Shown: positions 12,131-24,873, counted from the first letter of the stretch. The stretch is 64,000 bases of DNA from Octopus vulgaris (GCA_951406725.2 OX597823.1:64852001-64916000); one strand, 5' to 3'. Notes: generated by a model from the letters alone, not told the origin. Numbers and translations are program-made.

Positions 12131-13593
12131 CAGAGAGATAGAAACAGATGTCTTGCTGTAGAGGAGGTACATGACTACCCAACAAAAGAGAGAGAGAGAG
12201 AGAGGAAGAAAGGGAGAGAAAGAGAGGGAAAGAGAGCAGCAACAATGAAATTATTTTAAATGTACTATGACTGCAAACTACACCGGTGCATCTACCACAT
12301 AGCTGTGCACTCTCCACTAGCCTCTCTGTGATCTCAGTTCACCATTCATGCACCCAAATTCCTCGTTGAGTGCATCATAAATCAATGTTTCAAAAAAGAG
12401 GCTATGATGGATTTCAATCTCATTTTTTAAATTTAAGTGGAAAGTTAGAACAATTTTCAAAAACTGATAAAAAATAATTATAACGGAGGAATAACTATCA
12501 AAACAAGAGACACACAAAAAATTAATATATTTTAGCTTTTTTAATTTTTTTTTAATTAAATGTTAGTCAAAAATAGAAACTAAAGCCTGAGGCTGCACTC
12601 AGTAATTATGAATGTTTAAATAGCAGGAAAACTATTTTAAATAGTTGATGCAGAACTTATTGCAAGGTTAATGTTGACAAAGTTTTTTTTCTCTCATCAG
12701 AATCTATTTTTACTATTGATTTGGAATATAAGTGCAAGGTTTCAAATTTTGAAGATGAGTATTGTCATTTAGAGCGATGCCCCACCTCAATATTCATGTA
12801 GTATGTGGTGTTTTTACCTTGCTTTGGGCCTTTAACTCCTGATGGTGGCATAAGGAGACTGTTGTGATATACTAATCTATCCTGGTTGATTTGGCAGAGC
12901 TCATCTGTTTACAAGCCTTATCAATACCAATATTAGATAGATAGATTGATAGTTAGATAGATAGATTGATTGATCAATCGATTGACATACAGAGAAGAGA
13001 AAGAAGAAAAATAAGAGAAGGGAAAAGACAAAGGAGAAGAAGAAGAAGTAGTAGTAGTAGTAGTAGTATTAGTCGGCGGCGTCGGCGGCGTCTTCAATAC
13101 TTGACAGATGCTTTATTTATCAACTCAAAGACAGAATCAGAAGTAAATTTGACTTTGGCAGGATTTGAACTAAGATTGCATAAATGATCTGGAATAAATA
13201 CAGCAAGGTATTCTGTCTGAGACACTAATTACTCTGGCAATTAGCCACCTCATTGATGTATTTAAACAATCAAGAAATTGTAAAAGCCAATTTCAACTTT
13301 GGCAAGATACAAGCACAGAACATGAGTGCATTAGATAAATGTATTTTACCAACCTTCATCGCTGCTGTAAGGTGATGATAAAGACATACTCTAAGTACAG
13401 AATATCTATGCAAGTACCTGCTACTATAGCCCTGGGCTTTAGTAGATTTTGTAAACAGAAACTGAAAGAAGCGCGTTGTATGTGTGTGAGTCTTTATATA
13501 TATTTCAACCATTCTTGGTCTTTTCAGTGGTGGACACTTGACTGTTTGGCAAAATAGAGAATACAAGAGGTGGGTGTTCAAAACAAAACTGCT

Positions 13594-13627
<34 letters not shown>

Positions 13628-13629
<2 letters not shown>

Positions 13630-14200
13630 GCCCTGATGCAGTACCAGGCAGTGGCTCTAAATGCCTCGATGCAGTATCAGGTAGCGGCTCTCATGGCTTC
13701 TGATCTTAACTGATTGGAAGTGTTATCCTGTACATTGTTTTGGACTACAGCAAATATTCTGCTCAATGCCACAGATTTGTTTGTCTGTTGTTTGACCATT
13801 ACTAGTTGAGTATGTCCCTTAGTGGCTGACGATATGTGCATCTCTGATCATGAGCAGAAGTAGTGGGGGAGCATCATAGCCATGTGTTGAGAGGGATTCT
13901 TTGGGGTTTGAATAATTCACCTCTGGAAACATGGGTGTTTCGTTCAACATACTTAAACAACCCTTATTCAGGAACCTTTTTAGTGGGATGGGTTACTCGA
14001 CCAGAAGAACATTCTAACTGGGCTTCACCTGCAAGGTCATGTGCTGTATATTTTGGTATGAGATCACCATGTCGCGCACATATGGTTGTGATGCATATGC
14101 CTAGTATGCCCTTATCAGACGGGTAGTCATGATGGGTATACTGGGCTTCGTATATTCTACCCCAGTGTCACTTTGATGGCATGCACTGTTCTCTCACTCA
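13628..14200 (+). mobile_element. Non-coding repeat family D flanked by (AAT)n
   Basis: About 570-bp element ending gtgtcactttgatggcatgcactgttctctcactc(AAT)n; homologous pieces at 26705-26922 and 48201-48729. Confidence 0.75.
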
Positions 14201-14861
14201 ATAATAATAATAACAATAATAATAATAATAATATTAATAATAATAATAATAATAATATTACAAGGGACAAAGATGAGAACATTAGAGTGCTTAAAGGAAG
14301 CACAAGATGAAGAAAAAAGGAAATATTGGTTAGAAGTTTGCAATTGCCCCATTGGCAAATTAATTGGGGAACCACTTGACTTTCACATTGTTAAAGTGTT
14401 TGAGTAATTTTTCATAGGCACAAGCATGGCCGCGTGGTTAAGAAGTTCATTTTGCAACCAGTGGTTTCAAGTTCAGTCCCACTGTGCACTACCATGTGAA
14501 ACTGTGTACAAATAAAGCTCCAGGCTGACCAATGTTTTGTTAGTGAATTTGGTAGATGGAAACTGAGTGGAAACCCATCATATAAATACATTTATATATA
14601 TTCAATATTATTTGGGTAATAACCTCGTAACATGCATTTAAAAGTCCTATGTTGTTATTGGTTACTATTTTTCTATCTTCTTGTATGAAGTTATATGCAT
14701 GTGTGTGTTTCTCCTCTGGTATTGGTTTGCAGGGCATGATATGCAGGACCAAAAATGGAACAACAAGCAGCATGACAGAACAATCTGAGCCAGTGCTCTT
14801 GAATTATACAAGTGACAAGACACATTTCAATTTCTGAATATAGTCATTAGATGATGATGGT

Positions 14862-15125
14862 GATCATCATCATCATCTTTTAGCAGCTGCTTTCCATGCA
14901 GGCATGGGTTGAATGGTTTGACAGGAGCCAACCAGCCAGAAGACTACCCAAAGCTGCTGTGTCTGTTTTGGCAGGGTTTTTATGGTGCTTTTCCTAACAC
15001 CAACCCCTGAGTACTTTTTACATGTGACCAGCACTGGTGAGGTCAGTTTTGGCATTGTTTTTACAACTGCATGCCCATCCAAATGCCAGCCACTTTACAG
15101 TATGGACTGGATGCTTTTTATGTGG
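14862..15125 (-). mobile_element. RTE LINE-derived 3' tail
   Basis: (CAT)n followed by ttccatgcaggcatgggttgaatgg. Confidence 0.6.
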
Positions 15126-15174
15126 TAAAATTAATCAATCACCTCAGGCACCTTTAGTGGATGCCACTATGTTG

Positions 15175-15365
15175 GTTTCAAATTTTGGCACTAGTTCAGC
15201 GATTTCAGTGGAGTGAGCAAGTCGATTACCAGTACTTATTTCATTGACCTGAAATGGATGAAAGGCAAAGTCAACCTCAGCAGTATTTGAACTCAGAATG
15301 GGAAGATGGATGAAATCCCAGCAAGTATTCTGCTCAGTTTGCTAATGATTCTGCCAGCTTGCAGA
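15175..15365 (-). mobile_element. SINE family B, diverged
   Basis: ggatgaaaggcaaagtcaacctcagcagtatttgaactcagaa motif. Confidence 0.65.
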
Positions 15366-15984
15366 TTTTGTTGAGTCCAATATATTGCAAGTAGTCACTT
15401 TACTCTACCTGTCTCTCCCTTCCAAAAGTTTCAGTAACCCTGTAGAGTCATGGTCATTGACTTTTACTCCTGACTGAAAGATAAACAAATAAAATAAAAT
15501 AAAATAAAATAAAATAACATAAAATAAATAAATGTGAAGTTCAGTAAATAAACTAAAATGTCAAAATTTCAACCCAAGAAATTTGTTTGAATAACTGTGA
15601 CTACTAAGCCACAATATTCAGTTTCTATTGCTTTATATTGGAAAAAGCATTTCCTTTATCTCAATAGCATAGCGGAGGGTGGAGAGAAAAGAGTGCAAGA
15701 GATCAGACATAAGAGTAGACTTCAATATCTCATTGTTCTCAACTAAAATCCAACTTCAGAGGACTTTTATCTTTAATTTCTCAAAGAGTTTTAAAATGCA
15801 GAAATTTTAATTCATTGCAACCAATTTCAATCAGCTATAATGGTTTTTGAAAACGTAAGCAACAACAGTTGCACGTTTCTATGAAATCTCATGAATAAAT
15901 CCGTATTTAAGTTACAGCACTATGTAAATGAAACATTATGTATATCTGCACACAAACACACGCACACGTATATTTCTGTTTATT

Positions 15985-16049
<65 letters not shown>

Positions 16050-16257
16050 TTATCTATCTATGTATTTCTCTATCTGTCTATCTACTACTTATCTATCCGT
16101 TAATTGGAATATATATGCATATATATATATATTTGACTACGATGTCAGGAAACATCAACATTACTAGAAATAAGAACTAAATTGCTCTCATGGCACATAA
16201 ATGAAAACATATACACTAACAGGGACCATAATCAGCTGAAATGTACTGATCGAAAAT

Positions 16258-16310
16258 TCTTAATACTGACACAGCAGTTTTGGCTATTTCCATTGCCTCA
16301 TCAGTTAAGA
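16258..16310 (-). ncRNA. Degenerate type I hammerhead
   Basis: Reverse complement: tcttaa CTGATGA ggcaat ggaa atagcc AAAA ctg ctgtgt cag TA ttaaga. Confidence 0.65.
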
Positions 16311-16613
16311 GAGCTTGGATTCAGCTCTTTCCAGCACTTTTCGGATGATTATGGTCTCAATTAGTGTATATGTTTACATTTATGTGCATTAACTAAAGAA
16401 TTAGAGTGATTTAGCTCTTATTTCTAGTAATGTTGGTGTTTCCTAACACCCTAGTCACATTTAGTGACATTTCTCCCTTTTGGGAAAACATTGCAAGTTT
16501 ATATAAATTTTATACATACACATTAGGGAATCAGTAAATCATCCAATAATTTGGATGAAGAAAACATAAATACTAATGGTGAAGTGAGACTGGAAAGAGT
16601 CGAAGCTGAGATG

Positions 16614-16666
16614 TCTTAACTGATGAGGCAATGGAAATTGTCAAAAATGAGGCATCAATATTAAGA
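16614..16666 (+). ncRNA. Degenerate type I hammerhead
   Basis: tcttaa CTGATGA ggcaat ggaa attgtc AAAA atgaggcatcaa TA ttaaga. Confidence 0.55.
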
Positions 16667-17199
16667 ATTCTTGATCAACACTTTTCAGATGATTATGGTC
16701 CCTGCTAATGTATGTTTTCATTCATGTGCAATAGCTGTAGCATTAAAGCGATTTAGTTCTTATTTCTAGCAATATAGGTGTTTCCTAACACCCTTGTCAC
16801 ATCTAATGGCATTTGCAATTCTTCTTTTTGGTGAAACATTGCAAACTTCTGTTTATAATAAATTTATATTTATATATACATATATGGAGTAAGTGGAGCA
16901 AGAACACACAAAAAAACGAAATGTGTCACTGAAGAGGTCACAGATGTGAAAGACTTCTGGACAAAAGGATTATTATTATTGAGTGAGAGAGCAGTGCAGG
17001 ACATGAGTTAAAATAATAAAATAAGAACAGTAATAAGTGAGTGAAGAAAATATATATTGTGTATGCATTTATTGGACAAAAAAAGTGACCGTCCCAAAAT
17101 ACAACAATATCTGTTTCAACACATGATTTCACAAGAGGAATCTTGCAAAATGAATTAATAAATATATAACCAACTTTAATAATGTTCGAAGTAATAATA

Positions 17200-17942
17200 T
17201 CAAAAGTAAAAAGAAACCTATACCATATATTCGAATGGGTGACAACAATAACATCATTTGGATTATATTTCCTTTTGCTAAACATTTAAAGTCTAATTTT
17301 ATCAAATCTATTCTATCCATTATTAAATCAAACTTTAGTAACTTTAGGTATGCTAAAATATTTAATAACAAAGTGAAATAACTTCCTCTACTACAAATAC
17401 TAACCCCAATTATTCCTGTAGCTCTGTATCTAATACCAACAACTCTCATAATCACACTACCCCTATTTCCATTAATACATATACACTTAACAATAGAATG
17501 TCTAATATTAGTAATAATTGTAACTGTAGAAACCTAAATACCTGTGAGGTAAAAGGTAACTGTAAAAAGAAAAAATGTAGTATATAAAGCTACTATTATA
17601 ACCCATGATCTCTCTAAGTTTAATTATATAGTTTGTACATAGGACCATTTTAAATCGTGATTCAATAATCATAAATCATCTTTAAATGACCCTCGGAAAG
17701 AAAATAGTAACAGTCTATCAAAAAAGGTCTAGCAACTAAAAAGAGATAACATAAATTTCTCAATTTCTTGGAATATTATTTCTTCTGCTCCTACTTATAG
17801 GATTAGAAATAGGACATGTCTTTTATGCCGAGAAGAGTCTTATACAATTATGAAAATGAATAGTATTATCTTAAATTTGAGAAATGAGATAGCTTTTTCA
17901 TATAAACATATGTCTAAATTTCTTTTCATAAACCTTAACTAG
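17200..17942 (+). mobile_element. Penelope-like (Neptune-type) element: RT thumb/linker plus GIY-YIG endonuclease, pseudogenised
   Basis: NNIIWIIFPF..KIFNNKVK, then CNCRNLNTCEVKGNC..NVVYKATI..NYIVCT..FNNHKSS..SLSKKV*QLK..WNII..TCLLCREE..LNLRNE..YKH; in-frame stops and an A-run frameshift. Confidence 0.85.
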
Positions 17943-18230
17943 TTTTTTATTAACAACCCCATCTTCTTCATATTGGTTCTCATTCTACTTATTACCCCTC
18001 CTTAATTCTTTATATAATACCCCTTAGTTGCATATATACTGCATATATATATGTCTCTATCTGTATACGTGATTTTTAGATTTTTTCTTTGCTTAACACC
18101 CATAACTGTTCATACACTAAATCTAGTTTAAATATAGCTTTCTAACTTTGTTAGACGCTTACTGTTATTATAGTATTGTTTTTTTGTTTTCAAAATAACT
18201 ATACATACGTGTAGGTCTCTATTTTTTTTT

Positions 18231-18597
18231 TTTACTTGTTTCAGTCATTTGACTACGGCCATGCTGCAGCACCGCCTTTAATCAAGCAACTTGACCCCGG
18301 GACTTATTCTTTGTAAGCCCAGTACTTATTCTATTGGTCAATTTTGCCGAACCGCTAAGTGACGGGGACATAAACACACCAGCATGCTAGGGGGACAAAT
18401 ACAAACATACACGAACACATATATATACATATATACGACGGGCTTCTTTCAGTTTCTGTCTACCAAATCCACTCACAAGGCTTTGGTTGGCCCGAGGCTA
18501 TAGTAGAAGACACTTGCCCAGGGTGCCATGCAGTGGGACTGAACCCGGAACCATGTGGTTGGTAAACAAGCTACTTACCACACAGCCACTCCTGCGC
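18231..18597 (-). mobile_element. SINE family A inserted in the Penelope 3' region
   Basis: Reverse complement of family A. Confidence 0.85.
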
Positions 18598-18866
18598 TTA
18601 TGTTTGTATATGTTAGACACATGATGTTTGTATATGTTAGACACGTGTTTGATTTTTATAAATATATCCATTAGCCAAATTAATTTATAGATTTTGTTTG
18701 CATAGACTTGCATACATATTGACATGTCCCTCTTTTTGACTTCTTTAAATTTTTTCCTTTTACATATTATTTGTAAATATCCGGTTAAATTTTCCCTATT
18801 ACCCCATTTGTTTTTCATTCTTGATTATTATTAATAACTTTTTTGATGTTTTTTCCTTAAATTCTT

Positions 18867-18963
18867 CACACTGATGAGACTGATAATACTTAACTTTAAT
18901 TATAATTTATCATAATAAATTTTTCTTACATATTTGTATTGCCCTTTGAAACGTTCGTATATG
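18867..18963 (+). ncRNA. Putative hammerhead in the Penelope 3' region (long AT-rich stem II)
   Basis: caca CTGATGA gact...(about 70 nt)...GAAA cgttcg TA tatg; the expected position downstream of the GIY-YIG ORF. Confidence 0.4.
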
Positions 18964-19488
18964 CTTATTAAATCGAATTTTGATATTTCAACATCTTTTC
19001 TCTCCATTTCTATAATTGTTTATGGTGTTTTATACCTATAACGAATTTTTCACTAGTTATTTTCATATTCTTATTGCTTGATCTACCAGGATATTTCTGA
19101 ATACGATGAATTTTTATTAGAAATTATTTTCTCTCTTTTTGGACTCCTCAAAAAGTTTCAACTTTTTTCTCCTCTCTCTCTCTCTCTCTCTGTGCATATG
19201 TACATACATACATACATATATATATATTTATATATATATATATATAAAATATATATATATATATTTTATATATATATATATATATGATAAATATCAAAGT
19301 GAGTTATATACAGTAGCGGTAACACATCGTGACGTATTTTTGCCATTTCAATATGGCTAACCCTAAGGGTGGATGCTACTGTAGTTTTTAGCCCCAGGAG
19401 GACACACTCCTCCAGCTGGCCATAGACACACATCTGTGTCTTGTCAGTATTTGCAAGGAAGTCATCCTTCCGTCTTCAACTTATGATA

Positions 19489-19531
19489 CACACGGACTCG
19501 AGTTCGAGGTATTGACCTCCGTCAGCGTGTG
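19489..19531 (-). ncRNA. Hammerhead copy 1 (two 1-nt deletions)
   Basis: Same motif as the other copies but lacking one base in GAAA and one at the core/stem II junction; this unit has many single-base deletions. Confidence 0.6.
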
Positions 19532-19829
19532 ACAATCATAGTTGTCGCCGAGATAGATTTCCTTCACAAATACTATATTTTCACGTCACTGTCGCTGATA
19601 TTGAAAAGTGAAATCAAACAATGATAAATATCAAAGTGAGTATATACAGTAGCGGTAACACATCGTGACGTATTTTTGCCACTTCAATATGGCTAACCCC
19701 TAAGGGTGGATGCTACTGTAGTTTTTAGCCCCAGGAGGACACACTCCTCCAGCTGGCCATAGACACACTATCTGTGTCTTGTCAGTATTTGCAAAGGGAA
19801 GTCATCCTTCCCGTCTTCAACTTATGATA

Positions 19830-19874
19830 CACACGGACTCGAGTTTCGAGGTATTGACCTCTCGTCAGCGTGTG
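19830..19874 (-). ncRNA. Type I hammerhead ribozyme copy 2, intact
   Basis: Reverse complement: cacacg CTGACGA gaggt caat acctc GAAA ctcgag TC cgtgtg. Confidence 0.9.
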
Positions 19875-20009
19875 ACAATCATAGTTGTCGCCGAGAATTA
19901 GATTTCCTTCACAAATACTTATACTTTTTCCAGCGTCCACTGTCGCTGATATTGAAAAAGTGTAAGTATTTGTGAAGGAAATCTAATTCTCGGCGACAAC
20001 TATGATTGT

Positions 20010-20054
20010 CACACGCTGACGAGAGGTCAATACCTCGAAACTCGAGTCTGTGTG
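20010..20054 (+). ncRNA. Type I hammerhead ribozyme copy 3, intact
   Basis: cacacg CTGACGA gaggt caat acctc GAAA ctcgag TC tgtgtg (G-U closing stem I). Confidence 0.9.
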
Positions 20055-20362
20055 TATCATAAGTTGAAGACGGGAAGGATGACTTCCCTTTGCAAATACT
20101 GACAAGACACAGATAGTGTGTCTATGGCCAGCTGGAGGAGTGTGTCCTCCTGGGGCTAAAAACTACAGTAGCATCCACCCTTAGGGGTTAGCCATATTGA
20201 AATGGCAAAAATACGTCACGATGTGTTACCGCTACTGTATATAACTCACTTTGATATTTATCATTGTTTGATTTCACTTTTTCAATATCAGCGACAGTGG
20301 ACGCTGGAAAAAGTATAAGTATTTGTGAAGGAAATCTAATTCTCGGCGACAACTATGATTCT

Positions 20363-20407
20363 CACACGCTGACGAGAGGTCAATACCTCGAAACTCGAGT
20401 CCGTGTG
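20363..20407 (+). ncRNA. Type I hammerhead ribozyme copy 4, intact
   Basis: cacacg CTGACGA gaggt caat acctc GAAA ctcgag TC cgtgtg. Confidence 0.92.
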
Positions 20408-20715
20408 TATCATAAGTTGAAGATGGGAAGGATGACTTCCCTTTGCAAATACTGACAAGACACAGATAGTGTGTCTATGGCCAGCTGGAGGAGTGTGTCC
20501 TCCTGGGGCTAAAAACTACAGTAGCATCCACCCTTAGGGGTTAGCCATATTGAAATGGCAAAAATACATCACGATGTGTTACCGCTACTGTATATAACTC
20601 ACTTTGATATTTATCATTGTTTGATTTCACTTTTTCAATATCAGCGACAGTGGACGCTGGAAAAAGTATAAGTATTTGTGAAGGAAATCTAATTCTCGGC
20701 GACAACTATGATTGA

Positions 20716-20760
20716 CACACGCTGACGAGAGGTCAATACCTCGAAACTCGAGTCCGTGTG
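20716..20760 (+). ncRNA. Type I hammerhead ribozyme copy 5, intact
   Basis: Core and stems identical to copy 4. Confidence 0.92.
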
Positions 20761-20916
20761 TATCATAAGTTGAAGACGGGAAGGATGACTTCCCTTTGCA
20801 AATACTGACAAGACACAGATAGTGTGTCTATGGCCAGCTGGAGGAGTGTGTCCTCCTGGGGCTAAAAACTACAGTAGCATCCACCCTTATAGCCATATTG
20901 AAATGGCAAAAATAAG

Positions 20917-21281
<365 letters not shown>

Positions 21282-21485
21282 TAATCAAAGTGTACAGTAT
21301 TATTTATCCATTACAGCTGATCTTAACGATCAACATTGTGCTAGGGATTCAACAGAGTGTCAGGTAATAGCCTGGTTATGTAATCTTGCCCTCTTTAGAG
21401 ATGGCAATTATGGAATGGAATATGGTGGCTACTCTCTGTTTCTTTCTCTACCTCCCCCTCTTTCACTCTCTCTCTCTCTCTCTCT

Positions 21486-21554
<69 letters not shown>

Positions 21555-22436
21555 ATGTATGTATGTATAGATTGATAGATAGATGGATAGATTGATAGAT
21601 AGAAACATATTTCATGCCAGCAAAGAATATGGACATTAATTGATGATGATGACATATATTTATTTAAGTTTGTTTTTCTCAGCCTATCCATCTGTTTGTC
21701 TGTCTGTATCTGACTGTTTCTCTCGCAGGCCAGTGTGTATTCTACTATATCCCTGGTCTGACCAAAGTCAGAAAAGAAACTAAACTAAACTAAAAGAAAC
21801 CCATCATATATATGTGTGTGTGTGTCTGTATATGTGTGTGTATGTGTGCATTTGTGTGTGTGTGTCCATGGCTGAATGAAAATTTCTATCAATGAAAGTG
21901 ATTCCTATCTCTGTTCTAAGTTCATTAATTACACTTTAATTTCGGGCATAGCTAATTTCAGTTACCTTCATTTCATTTTCACTAAGTCCTCTACATTTCC
22001 TGATGTGTGTGTATGCATCAGTTATTTGTTACTGTTTAATTAATGTAACACATGTTGCACACACATACACGTACACATGCATGCACATGCCAACACACCC
22101 CCACACACCTTTCTTTCCTTATGATCATCTCCTTCTTTCTTTATTCATATTTGCTCTGTAACTACAGCATGTTTTAATGAATGCTGAGAAAATTTAGAAA
22201 CCAAATAATTATTTTTTATTCACTTGAGATTGTTCAGCGATTTTCAACTGTAGTTATTCATAACAGTTATGCACTCCAAATAATTTGAATGTGGCATTTC
22301 TTTTTCAACTGTTTTTACCACAATTTGGTAAGAAAGAGAGAATCATTGACTAAAACAGTAAATATATATATATATATCAATAAATAAATATATGCCTATA
22401 TACATACATATATGTACATACCTACATATATATGTA

Positions 22437-23704
22437 CGAGGGGCGTTCAATAAGTAATGCCCCTGACCCACTTCCCATAGCAGTAGAGCAACGAAACTTG
22501 GCACAGTTATTAGTCTTTTTCTACATAGGAACCACCCAGACTTATGTATTTCTCCCATCGTTTGATGCAGCTCTGGAGACCGTTTTTGTAGAAGACCCCA
22601 GCTTCGTCCTCCAGCCACGACATGACTTCAGAAATCAAGCCTGCATCATCTGGGAAACGCTTTCCTTTCAAAAACAACTTCATGGCTGGGAAGAGGTGAA
22701 AATTAGAGGGTGCAAGGTCAGGAGAGTAGGGGGGGAGTTCATAGCCACATGCCTGTGCTTCTGATCTGGCGACATGCGAGTTGTGGACCGGAGCGTTGTC
22801 CAGCAGGAGGAGGATGCCTTTGCTGATCTTGCCCCACCTCTTGATTTTGATAGCTTCTCTTAATTTCCTCAAAAGTGAAGCATAATAGGCTCCTGTAATT
22901 GTGGTACCCTTTGCCAGGAAATCTATCATCACTACTCCGTCCTGGTCCCAGAAGACTGTGAGCATGACCTTGCCAGCGGAGGGCTGCACCCTTGCCTTCT
23001 TTGGAGGAGGTGAGTCACAGTGCTTCCACTGCATTGACTGGGCTTTGGTCTCTGGATCATAGTGATGGACCCAGGTTTCATCCTGTGTAATCAGTCTTTT
23101 GAAAAATTTTGACTCATCTTCTTGGCACATCTCCAAATTCATCCTCGAGCACTCAATGTGTTCTTGCTTCTGGAAAGGTGTGAGCAACCAGGGAATCCAT
23201 CTGGCAGACACCTTTTGCATATGCAAATGGTCATAAATGATAGTTTCCACAGACCCGGTACTAATCTTGACCTCATGGGTTATTTGGCGATCTTCCAAAA
23301 TAGCAGCCTCGACTTGACGGACAGATGCCTCATCAATGGTAGAAGGGTACGACCAGATCTGGGAGCTGTTTCCACAGAGTTCCGACCATGTTTGAATTCA
23401 TGATGCCGCCGTTTTACAAGGTCATATGATGGGACATTATCTCCATAAGTTACTTTCATTTCATCAAAAGTCTCCCGTGGTGTGCGTCCTTTCAAATACA
23501 AAAACCGGATCACTGCTCGACACTCAACAGGCTCCATTTCACACTTGACTCAGTTCAAAGACCTGTAAATCAGAAACCACAATTAGTTCAGAGCTGTAAT
23601 TTGCCACTTAATCTATAGAGACATAAATAATTGCACAGGCAAAATTTCAGCTAGATCAAACAACTGCAAGTGGGTCAGAGGCATTACTTATTGAACGTCC
23701 CTCG
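22437..23704 (-). mobile_element. Mariner DNA transposon (DD34D type, irritans-like), near full length, 1268 bp
   Basis: 37-bp TIRs cgaggggcgttcaataagtaatgcccctgacccactt (22437-22473 and 23668-23704, 2 mismatches); TA target duplication on both sides. Confidence 0.95.
22510..23537 (-). pseudogene. Mariner transposase, frameshifted
   Basis: ORFs 23280-23537 (HTH, ..APRSGR) and 22510-23298 (WIPWLLT, DETW, KVMLTVFWD, DNAPVH, YSPDLAPSN). Third catalytic D is N; D-D spacing is 31, consistent with a 3-aa deletion. Confidence 0.92.
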
Positions 23705-23734
23705 TATATATACATGCATATATAGGTACAGGAC

Positions 23735-24240
23735 ATAAAAAAAATGTAGACAGAATGAGAAACGAGAACATAAAAAACAAAAACATAGAAAATGAATTTT
23801 TTTGAACAATGAAAAACAAACAAACAGAGAAACGAGACATATAACATAAAGAATATTCCCTTCAACAGTTGTTCTCTGTTTTATCTACTCTGCGTGACTT
23901 CATTAAAACAGTACTTCCCGCAAAGCAAATTAAATAAAATTTGATATTTTTTGTGGAGGGTGCAAGTGGTAGCAAAAACAGGACAGTGAGAACAAAACAG
24001 TAAAATCAAATGGTGAGGGCTGTTACGCCAAGACAATGTGAAGTGGTGAACGCAGGAAAAACGAGCTTTGGAAGAAACAGATAATAGCACATCATGTCTT
24101 TAGGAAGGAAGTGGAAGAAAGAAAGAATGGCCGTTGGTCACCTGTGATCAATGAGAGGGTCAAGGAGGAAGAGTGAAAGAGAGAGAGGGGTAATGGTGAA
24201 AGGGAGAGAAGAAGAATAGGGAAAGGGTGGGAGAGAAAAA
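23735..24240 (-). repeat. Interspersed non-coding repeat family E (probably Penelope-associated)
   Basis: Shares gcaaattaaataaaattt, aaaacaggaca and cccttca(a/t)cagtt with 42935-43370, and inverted similarity with 8550-8695; lies next to (TA)n. Confidence 0.5.
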
Positions 24241-24694
24241 CAGAAAGGAAGAACAAGAGATAGATAGACAGAAAAGATATATATATTTATATATATTGTA
24301 TGTATGTATGTATATATACATATACATAACACAAAAAAATGTCACCGTGCCTTGGCTAAATAAGATAATACCTGCTCATACAGTTATTGGGCACAGCCAA
24401 AACACTACAACAGGCCTTAAATCAGAGCCAGCTTTCATACCTTTTATAACTTGATTGTTCTCTGACAGGTTTATGGTTGAACTAGTGGCACTGGAGACCT
24501 TCAAGTGCATTTTATGCGGCACCAGCATTCACAGTGACTATTATTAGTTTAACACTTGATCAAAGTTGTAAAGTGAAATTCAAAAGTCAAAAAATTTGAT
24601 GTTTTGGGCATAGTCCTTCATCAGATATGTAGAAGAAAGTCTACTTAAGAAGAAAAGGTGGAAGGGAAATGAGATACAAATGGAGGGTAACCAT

Positions 24695-24838
24695 GTAAAA
24701 AGCATCTATGCTGGTGCCATGTAAAAAGCACCCACTACACTCTGTAAAGTCGTTGGCGTTAGGAAAGGCATCCAGCTGTAGAAACCATGCCAAAAGAGAT
24801 GACTGAAACCAGGTGCAGCCTTGGAACTGTAAAATATA

Positions 24839-24850
<12 letters not shown>
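24695..24850 (+). mobile_element. RTE LINE 3' tail fragment
   Basis: taaaaagcacccactacactc...ggcgttaggaaaggcatccagctgtagaaa followed by (GAT)n. Confidence 0.7.
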
Positions 24851-24871
<21 letters not shown>

Positions 24872-24873
24872 GA

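Larger units (their letters stand above)
16143..16880. repeat. Penelope pLTR-like repeat: one inverted plus two direct partial copies, with hammerheads
   Basis: 16143-16333 is inverted relative to about 16590-16790; 16334-16520 directly repeats 16680-16880. Confidence 0.75.
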
